A stretch of DNA of 38,923 nucleotides, from positions 1 through 38,923 of the forward strand of contig CAYMEV010000029.1 of assembly GCA_964389675.1 (NCBI GenBank). Reading direction: 5' to 3'. A model generated the notes under the pieces. That model was given only the letters and a program-made list of their open reading frames with translations, had not been told where the DNA came from and did no database searches. Positions 1 to 10,415 of the stretch are shown one piece after another. Each line of letters starts with the position of its first letter. Within the stretch, counting starts at the first letter, position 1. The stretch comes from an uncultured Candidatus Sumerlaeota bacterium. Lineage in GTDB: Bacteria > CAYMEV01. A program made the position numbers and the translations under genes.

Positions 1-1871
1 GGCATTATTATGAGCATCAGTTCCATCAGAGTAGAAATCTCCCAGATAAGCTCCTCCATACATAGGATCACCAAGAGTTGCAAGAGGGTTAGAAAACATC
101 CCAATATGAGTATGAGCAATACCATTGTATTCTGCGTTGCTTGACATTACGGTTCTAAAGTTTTGCCCATTCGAAGGAAGAACAAAATTATATGCCTTTG
201 AATACCCGACAAATTCTGTATCATCATACCTTTTATACATTTGAGGCCCAGGAGCAGGAGAATCTTCCTTATGATGGCCTGCACCAAGGATATGTCCTAT
301 CTCATGCGTAAATGTCAAAAGATATTTGTAAGGATTACTCTGTTCAGGATTGTGAATTGCAACTACACTGATACAGTTATTTTCAGGAGAAGTATCATAT
401 ATATCATTTAACCCATTGTTTATGTGGTATAAATCAAAATAAGTGTCGTTATTAGTATCATATTTATCTATATTTTCTATTCTATTGTAGATACTTATCT
501 GGTTTAAGCCACTAGAATGACCGGATATATGGTGTATACTTATTTCATTTTTTTCTTTTTGGGTATCTTTGACAAATAATGCAATTAAATCTGATTTTAT
601 TAGGTTCCTTTCTTTTAATACAGTGTCCATTAATCCATCTTCTGGGTCCCGGAGACATCTATGGTCTTCTCTTAAATCCCTTGTTTCATCATATATTAAT
701 AGTCTGTGCCGTATCAAGTTAATATCTAATTCTATAAAGCTGTCCGAAAAGGAAGTATTTAGATATTCCATTACAAAATCCATGAAATTGTCAATTTCAC
801 CTCCATATATTGTCTCTATGTGACTCAATGCTTTGCTTGTATAGACAATCATCATATCAATGGTGTCATCAGGAATATTTGACTGGTCAGGTATTATGAA
901 GTTAGCAGTTAAGCTAAGATCTTCAGATGGCATTTGGAATTGAAAGTATCTTTGTTTTTTCTTTTCCAATTCATAATTGCCAACCTGAATAGTTCCTGTA
1001 ATCTCCTGATTATCACCTCTTGTCCATTCTTTAAAGATATTATATTCAGTATAATCGATAGATTCAGATCCTCCAGCAGAATCGGGTATTCTCTTTGGTG
1101 TAACTAAAAAATTCATGCTAGTGCCTGGCAAGATGTAATCGTTGTATATTTCTTGGCAAGGCTCTGCTTCAAATTTTTCATTCACAATATTTAACTTATA
1201 TAAGGAGCCCGAGCCAGGTGGGTCAACATCTATTGTTAGATGGTACAGTGTTTCTTTAGAGAATTCTCCTGAATATTCATGATAAGTATTTGGAGTCACT
1301 ATAGAACCATGCGAATTGGATCTATTAAGATCTTCGTACATAATTGTATCAGGTAGGCATATAAAATTATTATCTTCAATAGGATACTGGATTACATATG
1401 TCATGTTGTCAGTTGGTGAAGTATTAAGAAAATATACCTCAGAATCATTATTAATAATCTCAAAGATTCCTATGCTGCTGCTATCATTGGTTATTAGTAT
1501 AAATCTGCTATAGAAGGCATTATCGACTTTGGCTACGATAACTATGGAACCATGCTTAGATTTATGAAATTTTGTTATTGTTGCATGATATACCTTATCT
1601 TCTTCCAGATTAATGATTATCTTATCACCCTTTTTTAAGCTTTGCTCCATTGATAAAATAGGATTTATTTCGATAGCCCTGATTTGAAGAAATGGTGAAT
1701 AAAGAGCCTTAATCTCTTGAGAAATCTGGCCTTCTCTTAGCTTTTCTTCTGTAATAAGATAATGCAAATTGGAATCATCAGCATAAATGGTTAGAGATAG
1801 TAGCAGGGTTAATAGCAGGACTATTGTCTGGATTTGTCTGGATTTGTCTGGATTTGTCTGGATTTGAACAT
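1..1871 (-). CDS. Secreted reprolysin-like (M12B/metzincin) zinc metalloprotease; 3' end runs off the window; currently frameshifted (OFF) by a 10-bp tandem repeat
   Basis: One minus-strand frame is stop-free from 1872 to 1 (read codon by codon). It contains HEIGHILGAGH (about 274-306), a Met-turn-like FRTVMSS, a DTIDMMIVYT strand typical of these catalytic domains, a prodomain Cys (FICLPD) and a hydrophobic IVLLLTLLLSLTIYA segment. The ATG at 1871 with a GAGAGG RBS is in a different frame and stops after 16 codons. Confidence 0.85.
1824..1866. repeat. 10-bp tandem repeat (TTGTCTGGAT)x4.3 in the signal-peptide coding region
   Basis: Four exact units at 1824, 1834, 1844 and 1854, plus a partial TTG. 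Confidence 0.98.
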
Positions 1872-1931
1872 TCTATAATACCTCTCTAATTTAATAAAAC
1901 TCCAATAAATTATGATAACATAATAATCTGC

Positions 1932-1962
1932 ATGATATCAAGGAATATTTCTCAATTGTCAA
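1932..1962 (-). promoter_or_regulatory. Possible sigma70 promoter of the metalloprotease gene
   Basis: Minus strand reads TTGACA (1962-1957), 19 bp, then TATCAT (1937-1932) preceded by TGn. The spacing is suboptimal. Confidence 0.35.
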
Positions 1963-2016
1963 AACAAAATAGAAATATCCCTTTTTTAAAATATTTTGAA
2001 TTATACATATGTGTTC

Positions 2017-2400
2017 CTAATTAGCTTGAATTTTATATTCTATACATGGCTGGGGTGATACAGCATATAGTTTCTTCTTAGATTTACTCAGCATAACTTC
2101 TAGGGTAATCTCTCTGAATTTCTGTTCAATACCGTTATTTGCAATATGAATCCTCCCATCCAATCTCTCTTATATCGTTACAGTTTTTGTTCTGAGGAAG
2201 GTGCCTTCTAACTGAAAATGTCGGTTGTTATACCTTACGACACCATTATTGGCAATTTTCCTCCCTGATTTTATGCTTAATATATCTGCAAGTACACGAT
2301 TTAATGGAGATTCTCCGTGTAAATTGTCTTTTTATAAGGGAATATTATAAATTTGCTGCTAAATACAAGCAAAGAATCTTTTTGGAATTGATTTGCTGAC
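2017..2400 (-). mobile_element. Degenerate C-terminal fragment of an IS1202-like (ISNCY) DDE transposase
   Basis: Minus-strand translation KDNLHGESPLNRVLADILSIKSGRKIANNGVVRYNNRHFQLEGTFLRTKTVTI*ERLDGRIHIANNGIEQKFREI resembles the family's C-terminus (LHR..IL.IK..R.V......Y.N..FQL....V.V.ERLDG.I.I...G..L.Y.EI). In-frame stops at 2170-2172 and 2332-2334. Confidence 0.65.
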
Positions 2401-2456
2401 TACAGATACAGCTCTGAGAATGTCGTTGAAGTAATCTAATGCTTATAAATTCTGAT

Positions 2457-5400
2457 TCAATCTTTTATCTTTTTTAGTTCATTAATTTTAGTTTTGTAAA
2501 AAAAGAATGGCTCCTTTTTATACAATTGACGGTAAAATTTGATGGCTTTATTCTTATATTCTTTAGTTTTTTCAAGTTTGAACAGTTCATAATATAAGAC
2601 AGCCTTTTCTTCTGTATTGTCTGTATTATCAAGCATGCCTATAAGTGATCTTACAGCCTGTTCTTTGTTATTTGATGATTTGATCAAAATTTCATGTACC
2701 TTTGTCCTGAAGATATACTCTTTATCATCAACTTGCACTGCGGCTTTCATTGCCTGCCTGTTATACTTGATTGACCCCTTGATGTCCTTATCTGCAAGCA
2801 GGATTACGGATTTCTGAAGCATGCAGTGTGCATAATCGCTTCTCATACAATCAATCTCGGTATAGATCTGGATAGCCCTGTCATAACATTCTACTGCCTT
2901 TGGAAAGTGCCTTGTTTCAAAATAAATATCCCCGGTAAAGGCATATACATGAGCAAGCCTCATCTTATCCGCCATTTCATCAAATACTGGAATGGATGCA
3001 TCGAAATATTTCAAAGCTTCATTATATCTGCCCATGTAAAGATAGGTATTTGCTATATTAAAGAGGGCTATCCCTATGTCTCTTCTATCATCCATTTTTT
3101 CGGCAAGCTGTTTATGTTTATTGAAGTATTCGAGAGATTTCTGGTATTTTCCCATTTCCCTGTAAGCACTGCCGATGTTTACATATGATATTCCGATTCC
3201 CTTTTTGTCTCCAATTTCTGTTGAATTTTTCCTGTATATCTCATAGCACTCCAATGCTTTTTCATATTTTAGCTGTCTTTTGTATATAACCCCCATGTTC
3301 CCGACTGAAATGCCAATGCCTCTTTTATCCCCTATCTCCTGTGAGATTTTTCTGTATTCATTGAAGCCTTCTGCCGCCCTGTCAAACTGCATCTGGTTAA
3401 AGTATATGGTGCCGATGCTGTTATAAATTATTGCTACTGCTCTTTTTTCTCCAATCTCTTTCATTATTTTCATGCTTTTCTTGAAACATTCCAGGGCCTC
3501 ATCCAGTTTGTGCTGGTCAATTAATACATTTCCCCTGTTTATTAAAGTGCTTGCTATACCCTTTTTATTGCCATGCTTTAGATATATCTCACTGCAGGCA
3601 TCTATATACTCCAGTGCTTTAGAATAATTACCAAGGTCATCATAGACATTCGCCAGGCATGATAATGCATTTGCCGTCCTGATCTCATCCCCTATTTCCA
3701 CTGCCAGCTTTCTTGAATTTTCATGGCATGAAATTGCCTTTTTATATTCAGATTTTATATAGCAGGCACGCCCGAGATAACTGTAGGAATCAGATAAAAA
3801 TGATATGTCATTTATAGCTTCTGAAATATCTATGCATTCCCTGTAGAGGCTCATGGCTTTGTCAAGATTACCCATGAGTTCATAAATCTCGCCTGTCTTT
3901 ATCTGTATGGATACCAGTTTTTCTTTTGATCCTGTAATCTTTAACAGCCTTTTGTAGATTTCCAGGGCTTCCCTGTTTCTGTATGTATTTTTTGAATTAT
4001 CTCCCGCCTTTTCAAGATATACTCTGGTTTTTGCTTTGTCTCCTGCCTTTTCATAATGATAGGCCAGATCAATATAATAATCCTTATTAGATTCCGCATC
4101 TGCTTTTACAATCCTCTCAATTACCTGTCCTACTGTATGATGGATAAATCTGAGCCTTTCGCGGAGCTGCATATCATAGGCCGAGTCCCTGAGAAGTGCA
4201 TGCCTGAAGATATATATTATCTCATCCAGGCTGTCCCAGATATTATCCTTCCGGGCTTTTCCCAGGATATCTGAATCCCTCGATACTTGCAGAAGCCTTA
4301 TAGCTTCGATATCAAAGCTTGCCTGCCTTTTATAGTTTTCTAATAGCAGAGAAAGCATTTCAAGTGTGCTGAACAGGATATTCTTATCAAATTCTGCACC
4401 CAATACTGATGCTATTTTAACAAGCTCTTTGATCTCTCTCGAAAGGCGGTCTATTCTTGAAATCAATATCTGATTTATTTTAAGTGGTATATGTTCTGTT
4501 TTTTTTGTAATACTGCAGATATCGGCTTTATGTGAAATATAGCGATTCTCTTTGAGATATAGACATAATTGCTCAATATAGAAGGGATTGTTCTCAGACC
4601 TTATTTTTATGAAACTCAGCATATCGCTGTCAGGTGAGCATCCCAGTATCTCTTTTATAATCTCCCCCAAAAAGCAGTCCGATACCGGTCCGAGCAGGAT
4701 TTCAGCCTGGTTAACATCTGATTCAAAGATTATTTCGGGCTTTGTCCCATCATCATTATACCTGGTTGTAATAATTATTGATATGGGATAATCCTGTATA
4801 TTTCTTGTTAGATGCTTCAGGAATAATCTTGAATCTTCATCAATCCAGTGAATGTCCTCAATCAGGATTAAAACTGGTCTTATAAGGCTTATAGCCTTAA
4901 AGAAAGCCTTCAATGACCAGAGGGTATTTTCATACCGGCCTTTTGCGTCCAGCATTTCATAAAGAGTATCCTTTGTATCAAGCGACAATAAAGCCCTTAT
5001 GAAGGATTCTGAGCGGTCTACTTCTATTAAAACTGCTTCAGACCTTTCATCCCCTATTTCAGAAATCTTATTTCTGAACCTGATGAATCTGTTTTTAAAT
5101 ATGAATTCGCGTTTATCCGCAGGCTGGCTTGACTTCAGTCCAAAAAACACATTAAGAAGGTGAATTAGCGGATTCCAGGCTTTCCTGATGGTGGATTCAC
5201 AAGGCATGTGCATTATTTCAGCATGACTTGAATAATCCTTTGCTGTCTCAAATGCAATCCTGGATTTGCCTATTCCAGCTTCACCATAAATATAAATTAC
5301 ACCAGGAAAGATTGATTTGAGGAAGGGGTCTATAAAGCTTTTAATTTTTTCTATTTCAGTATCTCTTCCATACATATTGCCCTTAAAATGCAATTCCTGA

Positions 5401-6602
5401 ATGTCCTTTTTGTAGGCCAATTCAAAGACATCAGCTTTTTCTGATTTCCCCTTGAAAGAAAAGCTGTTTATGAAATCGAAATTATAATTATATGAAGCAT
5501 TATCATAAACAGCCTTTGATACCCAGATCCTGCCCCATTCAGCGCTTACGCCTATCCTTGCCGAAAGGTTGACTGCATCCCCCAGGACATCATATGCTGA
5601 CCTTATACTGCTCCCGATATAGCCTGAAAAAAGCCGGCCGAATGTTACCCCGGCTTTGATCTTGCTTTTGTACAGGGATTTTATTTCCAGTGCAAAGTCC
5701 ATTGACCTGCTTATATTATTTTCAGGTAAAACAGGGATGCCAAAATTTATGAGGGCTGTACAGCCTTTATCTCCAAAACCGATCCTGCTGAAGTAACCTC
5801 CCCATTTATGAACTGTGTCCATTATCGTGGTTGCAAAATCATTATAGCAATCATGGTCCCAGCCAGTATCATCTATACATAGAAAAATGCTGACTGCATT
5901 CCTGAGTTCATCCAGAGGCTTATTCTCCCGCAATATCTCAGGAATGAATCTCATCAGGATATCATCATTGATATCAACATGCTCATAATTTGGATTAAGG
6001 CTTTTCCTGGCATTAATATGCAGGAGGCTGTAAAAGCCCTTGCTTGTTTCACTGAATTCTGCAGTTTCTTTTATTGGACCGATAATTGAATTATCTACTA
6101 TAATAGACATCGGGTCAGAATGTTTCTCTGCTTCTGCAGATCCATCAATAGCCCTGCCTTTGAAATAATAGGTTTTTTGATGCTTTTTTCCTAAAATCCC
6201 CCATTCTATATTTCCATATGAGATCCCTATTTTAACAGAGATATTAAATTTGCCGTATTTTGTGGTTTTTATATTCTGGGCAGAAACTTCATTTTTGATT
6301 TTTATTGCAGCCCTGCAGGCTTCAACTGGCTTTTCGGGGAAAACTGCAGTAAATGAATCCCCGGCAAATGTTGTAATGAAACCGCCTCTCTGGTAGACAG
6401 CCCATATACATGGTGAGAAGACTTCATTAATAATCCCGGATAGAATTTCTGCCCCCTCCTTGCCATGCTCTGCAAGCCTTTCAGTAATCTTGGTAAACCC
6501 TGAAATATCTGCAAACAGTGATGCAGCATTAAAATTTCCGTGAAAAATGCCATCCTGATATCTCTTAGCAACGTAATGCGGTATAAGCCTTTTCATGTTC
6601 AT
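2457..6602 (-). CDS. Class III adenylate cyclase (tandem catalytic domains)-STAND/AAA ATPase-TPR protein, soluble-AC-like architecture
   Basis: Domain 1 has FADISGFT and FAGDS. Domain 2 has GDKG and GDAVNLSAR. Walker A GEAGIGKS, Walker B LILIEDIHW, YIFRHALLRDSAY, then a long TPR array. The start may be 6596. Confidence 0.92.
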   Translation of the reverse strand: MNMKRLIPHYVAKRYQDGIFHGNFNAASLFADISGFTKITERLAEHGKEGAEILSGIINEVFSPCIWAVYQRGGFITTFAGDSFTAVFPEKPVEACRAAIKIKNEVSAQNIKTTKYGKFNISVKIGISYGNIEWGILGKKHQKTYYFKGRAIDGSAEAEKHSDPMSIIVDNSIIGPIKETAEFSETSKGFYSLLHINARKSLNPNYEHVDINDDILMRFIPEILRENKPLDELRNAVSIFLCIDDTGWDHDCYNDFATTIMDTVHKWGGYFSRIGFGDKGCTALINFGIPVLPENNISRSMDFALEIKSLYKSKIKAGVTFGRLFSGYIGSSIRSAYDVLGDAVNLSARIGVSAEWGRIWVSKAVYDNASYNYNFDFINSFSFKGKSEKADVFELAYKKDIQELHFKGNMYGRDTEIEKIKSFIDPFLKSIFPGVIYIYGEAGIGKSRIAFETAKDYSSHAEIMHMPCESTIRKAWNPLIHLLNVFFGLKSSQPADKREFIFKNRFIRFRNKISEIGDERSEAVLIEVDRSESFIRALLSLDTKDTLYEMLDAKGRYENTLWSLKAFFKAISLIRPVLILIEDIHWIDEDSRLFLKHLTRNIQDYPISIIITTRYNDDGTKPEIIFESDVNQAEILLGPVSDCFLGEIIKEILGCSPDSDMLSFIKIRSENNPFYIEQLCLYLKENRYISHKADICSITKKTEHIPLKINQILISRIDRLSREIKELVKIASVLGAEFDKNILFSTLEMLSLLLENYKRQASFDIEAIRLLQVSRDSDILGKARKDNIWDSLDEIIYIFRHALLRDSAYDMQLRERLRFIHHTVGQVIERIVKADAESNKDYYIDLAYHYEKAGDKAKTRVYLEKAGDNSKNTYRNREALEIYKRLLKITGSKEKLVSIQIKTGEIYELMGNLDKAMSLYRECIDISEAINDISFLSDSYSYLGRACYIKSEYKKAISCHENSRKLAVEIGDEIRTANALSCLANVYDDLGNYSKALEYIDACSEIYLKHGNKKGIASTLINRGNVLIDQHKLDEALECFKKSMKIMKEIGEKRAVAIIYNSIGTIYFNQMQFDRAAEGFNEYRKISQEIGDKRGIGISVGNMGVIYKRQLKYEKALECYEIYRKNSTEIGDKKGIGISYVNIGSAYREMGKYQKSLEYFNKHKQLAEKMDDRRDIGIALFNIANTYLYMGRYNEALKYFDASIPVFDEMADKMRLAHVYAFTGDIYFETRHFPKAVECYDRAIQIYTEIDCMRSDYAHCMLQKSVILLADKDIKGSIKYNRQAMKAAVQVDDKEYIFRTKVHEILIKSSNNKEQAVRSLIGMLDNTDNTEEKAVLYYELFKLEKTKEYKNKAIKFYRQLYKKEPFFFYKTKINELKKIKD

Positions 6603-6835
6603 ACTATAAAATCACCATTTTAAAATGATCTGCTTTTCAGCTGTTTTTCAGTGATCAATAAATTATAGTATACCTTATTAATTCAATGTTTGAAAATTTA
6701 AATTGGATTGATATTATGTGCCGGGTAAGAATTATTGAATTTATCCAATATGCCTGGATTTGCACATTTTATTGAACAATCTTCTAATATTGTGTACCAT
6801 AATCTAATTAATCTCTGTCATTCAGGAGGGAACTG

Positions 6836-7996
6836 ATGCTGGCAATAATCAACGGGTATTTGATAACAGTGTCCAAAGGAACTATTAATAACGGGACAAT
6901 ACTTATTAAGGATGGAATTATATCCGGTATTGGAAATGGTATAGAAATACCGGATAATGCTGAGAAAATTGACGCTAAAGGAAGGTTTGTAACTCCCGGT
7001 TTGATTGATGCCCATACGCATGCCGGTATATCTGAGCAGGGCCTTGCCTGGGAAGGGAATGATACAAATGAAAGCACAAACCCTGTCAGCCCTTACTGCA
7101 GTGTAAGGGATGGGATTAATATGATGGACAGGGCCTTTGAAAGCTTAAGGAAGTCTGGCATTACATGTGTTGGTGTCCTGCCTGGAAGCTCAAATATTCT
7201 GGGCGGAACTGGCCTGGCCCTGAAATGCACCGGGAACATTGTTGATGATGCAGTCATTAAGGATCCAATAGGGATCAAGGCAGCTCTGGGTGAGAATCCA
7301 AAGAGAAGCTACGGGACAAAAAATCAATCTCCTGCAACAAGAATGGGAAATGCTTCTGTATTACGGGAAAGCCTGATTAAGGCAAAACAGTATTTAATAA
7401 AGCGGGAAAATAAGGATAATGAATGCCATCTGAATATGCAGTATGAAGCCCTGCTTCCGGTGGTCAGGAAGGAAATCCCACTTATTATCCATTGTCACAG
7501 GCATGATGATATTGTCACGGCAGTACGTATCTGCAGGGAGCTTGATGTCAGATTTGTGCTGGAGCATGTAACAGACGGGCACCTGGTAGCAGATCTATTA
7601 AAAGTGAATAATGTCCATTGTGCTGTCGGACCCACTCTCCATTATGGGTCTAAAGTGGAAAACAGGGACAGGAACTTTAAAACGCCAATCCATCTTGACA
7701 GAAAGGGAATTCCGTTCTGCTTTATAACAGATCATCCGGTTGTAGATGCAAGAAACCTGATAATGACCGCAAGTATGGCCGTACAATGGGGAATGGAGGA
7801 AGATAGGGCACTGAGAGCTATTACTCTCGGGTCAGCAGAACATATAGGTATTGATGACAGGGCAGGTTCTTTAGAGATAGGCAAAGACGCAGACCTGGTG
7901 GTGTGGTCGGGCAATCCACTTGAATTTACATCATTTGTTGATATTACCATCATAAACGGGAAAACAGTATATGAGAGGGAGGTGAGGTCATGTTAG
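6836..7996 (+). CDS. Metal-dependent amidohydrolase (imidazolonepropionase-like superfamily)
   Basis: PGLIDAHTH, KAALGENPK, IHCHR, LEH, TDHPV and GSLEIGKDADLVVW motifs; AGGAGG RBS. Confidence 0.92.
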   Translation: MLAIINGYLITVSKGTINNGTILIKDGIISGIGNGIEIPDNAEKIDAKGRFVTPGLIDAHTHAGISEQGLAWEGNDTNESTNPVSPYCSVRDGINMMDRAFESLRKSGITCVGVLPGSSNILGGTGLALKCTGNIVDDAVIKDPIGIKAALGENPKRSYGTKNQSPATRMGNASVLRESLIKAKQYLIKRENKDNECHLNMQYEALLPVVRKEIPLIIHCHRHDDIVTAVRICRELDVRFVLEHVTDGHLVADLLKVNNVHCAVGPTLHYGSKVENRDRNFKTPIHLDRKGIPFCFITDHPVVDARNLIMTASMAVQWGMEEDRALRAITLGSAEHIGIDDRAGSLEIGKDADLVVWSGNPLEFTSFVDITIINGKTVYEREVRSC

Positions 7997-9159
7997 CTGT
8001 AAGTGGCGCAAAAATTTACACGGGTACTGGCAGGGTCCTGGTAAGCGGCAAAATTATAATTGGAGATAATGGAAGGATAGAGGCTATAGGAGAGAATGTG
8101 CCAATCCCTGATAATGCTGAAACTCTGCTGCTTGACGGCAAAGTTATTATTCCGGGCCTTATCGATGCCCATACTCACATCGGCATATGGGGTGAAGGGG
8201 AAGGTGAATCAGGATTTGACGGGAATGAATCAGTAAACCCTGTTACAGCCGGCATAAATGCTGTTAATGCTGTAAACCCCCTGCATAACAGCTTTGAAGG
8301 TGCCAGAGAAGGTGGTATAACCACTGTACAGATACTGCCCGGCTCAAATAATCCTGTTGGAGGGCTTGGTTTTGCATGCAAGACTTCAGGCAGTATTATT
8401 GATAATATGGTTATTAAAAACCCTACAGGGCTGAAGGGGGCAATGGGTGAAAACCCAAAATATGCAAATAAGCAGATGCCCAAAAAATATCCTGCTTCCC
8501 GTATGGGTATCGCCGCAGTTATAAGGGAGTATTTTCATAAAGCCGGAGATTATGGCATAAAGAAAAAACTGGCTGAATCAAGAGGCGATACTGCTGATAC
8601 AGACCTGAATATGGAATCAGGGCTTATGGTGCTTAACAGGGAGATCCCGTTCAGGATACACGCCCACAGGCATGATGATATTGTAAGTGCAATAAGGATA
8701 TGTGAAGAATTTGATATTAACTATAGCATAGAGCATTGCACGGATGGGCATCTTATAGCAGAATACCTCGCTGATAAAAACTTTTATGCAATGATCGGCC
8801 CGGGGCTTTCATCATCCTCAAAGCCCGAGACAGCTGGTTTTACTGATGAAAATGCAGTAATACTATATAATAGCGGAATAAGGGTATGTCTGATGACAGA
8901 CCATCCGTTCCTTAACTGCCGGTATTTTCTCCCATATGCTGCAACTGTGCACAAGTATGGACTGTCTGTTGATGAAACAATGAGGACTATTACCATAAAT
9001 CCTGCAGAAGCACTGGGTGTGGAAAAAAGGGTAGGATCACTTGAAGTTGGAAAGGATGCGGATTTTGTTGTATTAAATGGAGAGCCTTTCACCCTGGCAG
9101 GCAGGACTGAAGCAACCTATATAGAAGGTTCATGCGTCTGGAAAAGAAAAATGTATTAA
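7990..9159 (+). CDS. Metal-dependent amidohydrolase, tandem paralogue of the upstream gene
   Basis: PGLIDAHTH, KGAMGENPK, IHAHR, IEH, TDHPF and GSLEVGKDADFVV motifs; overlaps the upstream gene. Confidence 0.92.
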   Translation: MLAVSGAKIYTGTGRVLVSGKIIIGDNGRIEAIGENVPIPDNAETLLLDGKVIIPGLIDAHTHIGIWGEGEGESGFDGNESVNPVTAGINAVNAVNPLHNSFEGAREGGITTVQILPGSNNPVGGLGFACKTSGSIIDNMVIKNPTGLKGAMGENPKYANKQMPKKYPASRMGIAAVIREYFHKAGDYGIKKKLAESRGDTADTDLNMESGLMVLNREIPFRIHAHRHDDIVSAIRICEEFDINYSIEHCTDGHLIAEYLADKNFYAMIGPGLSSSSKPETAGFTDENAVILYNSGIRVCLMTDHPFLNCRYFLPYAATVHKYGLSVDETMRTITINPAEALGVEKRVGSLEVGKDADFVVLNGEPFTLAGRTEATYIEGSCVWKRKMY

Positions 9160-9168
9160 TTCTTTATT

Positions 9169-10083
9169 CTATCTTTCGTGGATTACTTTATATTTAATGC
9201 GTTTTTGGTACTGGGAAAGAAACAGCCCTGAAATTATAACGATCATTCCGATTATCTTTCTTCCAGAAAATGCTTCACTCAGGAGAAAATAAGCCGAAAC
9301 GGCAGTAATTATCGGTATAATATTTGTAAAGATATTGGTTTTGCTTATTCCTATTTCCCTGATCGAAATGGTAACCAGGATAAATGCAAGAGATGACCCA
9401 AACAAAGCAAGCATTACCAGGTTAAATATTACAACTGCAGGAGGCTGTACAGATAAAGTGTCCCTCCATTCAAAAGCAAGCATGAAGGGAAGAAAATAGA
9501 AGCCCCCGATCATGTTCTGAATGCGTACGATTGTCAAGGGACGGTAACGGTGAGAAAGCTTCTTGGCAACAATGCTGTATCCAATACCTGAAACAACGGC
9601 AAAAAGAAGGAAAAGCAGGCCTTTGGGGGAGGCTTCAAGCCTGGCACCTTTATTTGTTGTAAAAATGGCCAGCCCGGCAAATGACAGTAATAAGCCTCCA
9701 ATATTTAAAGGAGTAAGGCGCTCTTTATAAAAAAGGTAGGCAAAAACAGGGGAAATGACAGGTATAAGTGCTATCATTATTGATGCAAGCGTTGAGGAAA
9801 CCAGAAGAAGCCCGAAACTTTCCCCTATAAAGTAGCAGAAAGGCTCAAGAAAAGCCAGAAGAAAAAAGAAAGGCCAGTCCCTTCTTGCCACCTTTTCTTT
9901 CTTTTTTGATATTTTTGCATAAAGTGTCAGCAGGACTGATGAGATTATCAGTCGGATAAGAAGTGTGGTAAAAGGGCCATAGTACTCAAAGACAATTTTT
10001 GTCCAGACAAATGATATCCCCCAGAAAAACATGGCGGCAAGGGTGCCTGAATAAACAGCAATATCTTTATAAAGCCTTTTCAT
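9169..10083 (-). CDS. DMT/EamA family transporter
   Basis: About 10 hydrophobic helices in two EamA-like halves (FWGISFVWTK ... LFYKERL; FLLSEAFS). Confidence 0.9.
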   Translation of the reverse strand: MKRLYKDIAVYSGTLAAMFFWGISFVWTKIVFEYYGPFTTLLIRLIISSVLLTLYAKISKKKEKVARRDWPFFFLLAFLEPFCYFIGESFGLLLVSSTLASIMIALIPVISPVFAYLFYKERLTPLNIGGLLLSFAGLAIFTTNKGARLEASPKGLLFLLFAVVSGIGYSIVAKKLSHRYRPLTIVRIQNMIGGFYFLPFMLAFEWRDTLSVQPPAVVIFNLVMLALFGSSLAFILVTISIREIGISKTNIFTNIIPIITAVSAYFLLSEAFSGRKIIGMIVIISGLFLSQYQKRIKYKVIHER

Positions 10084-10415
10084 TCAGGGTATTTTAAAGG
10101 GCGATAGAAAGGCGTCAACTATAAAATGAATATCTGGTCCGGTCATGCTTCTACAGATAAGTTATTTACAGTTATACATTTATCGGGATAACAGCAGATA
10201 CGGCAAATTTCTGCGGAAGGTTTTTTATCAGAGATGGCCAAGGCAGAAAAAAAGCCTATAAGAAAAACCATAGTACAATAGTGTGCTAATGCCAATCACC
10301 AAAAGCTTGCAATTTTTATTCTGCTGTATTATCCTCAGGCAAAGGCTTATGAACTGCATCGGGGCATAAAAAGTGCAGGATGCACAAAAAACTTTGAAAT
10401 TGAAGGGGGGATACA

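Noticed and set aside
569..1513. Plus-strand ORFs 569-823 and 1316-1513
   Set aside because: They are antisense shadows of the long minus-strand metalloprotease frame. The same applies to the many short ORFs overlapping larger genes throughout the window.
1824..1866. Repeat as a mini-CRISPR or iteron array
   Set aside because: The units are contiguous with no spacers, and no cas or rep gene is present.
10190..10300. GGCAAA-containing intergenic stretch as a c-di-GMP-I riboswitch
   Set aside because: The GNRA-capped stem and downstream GCAAAG/P1 pairing could not be found.
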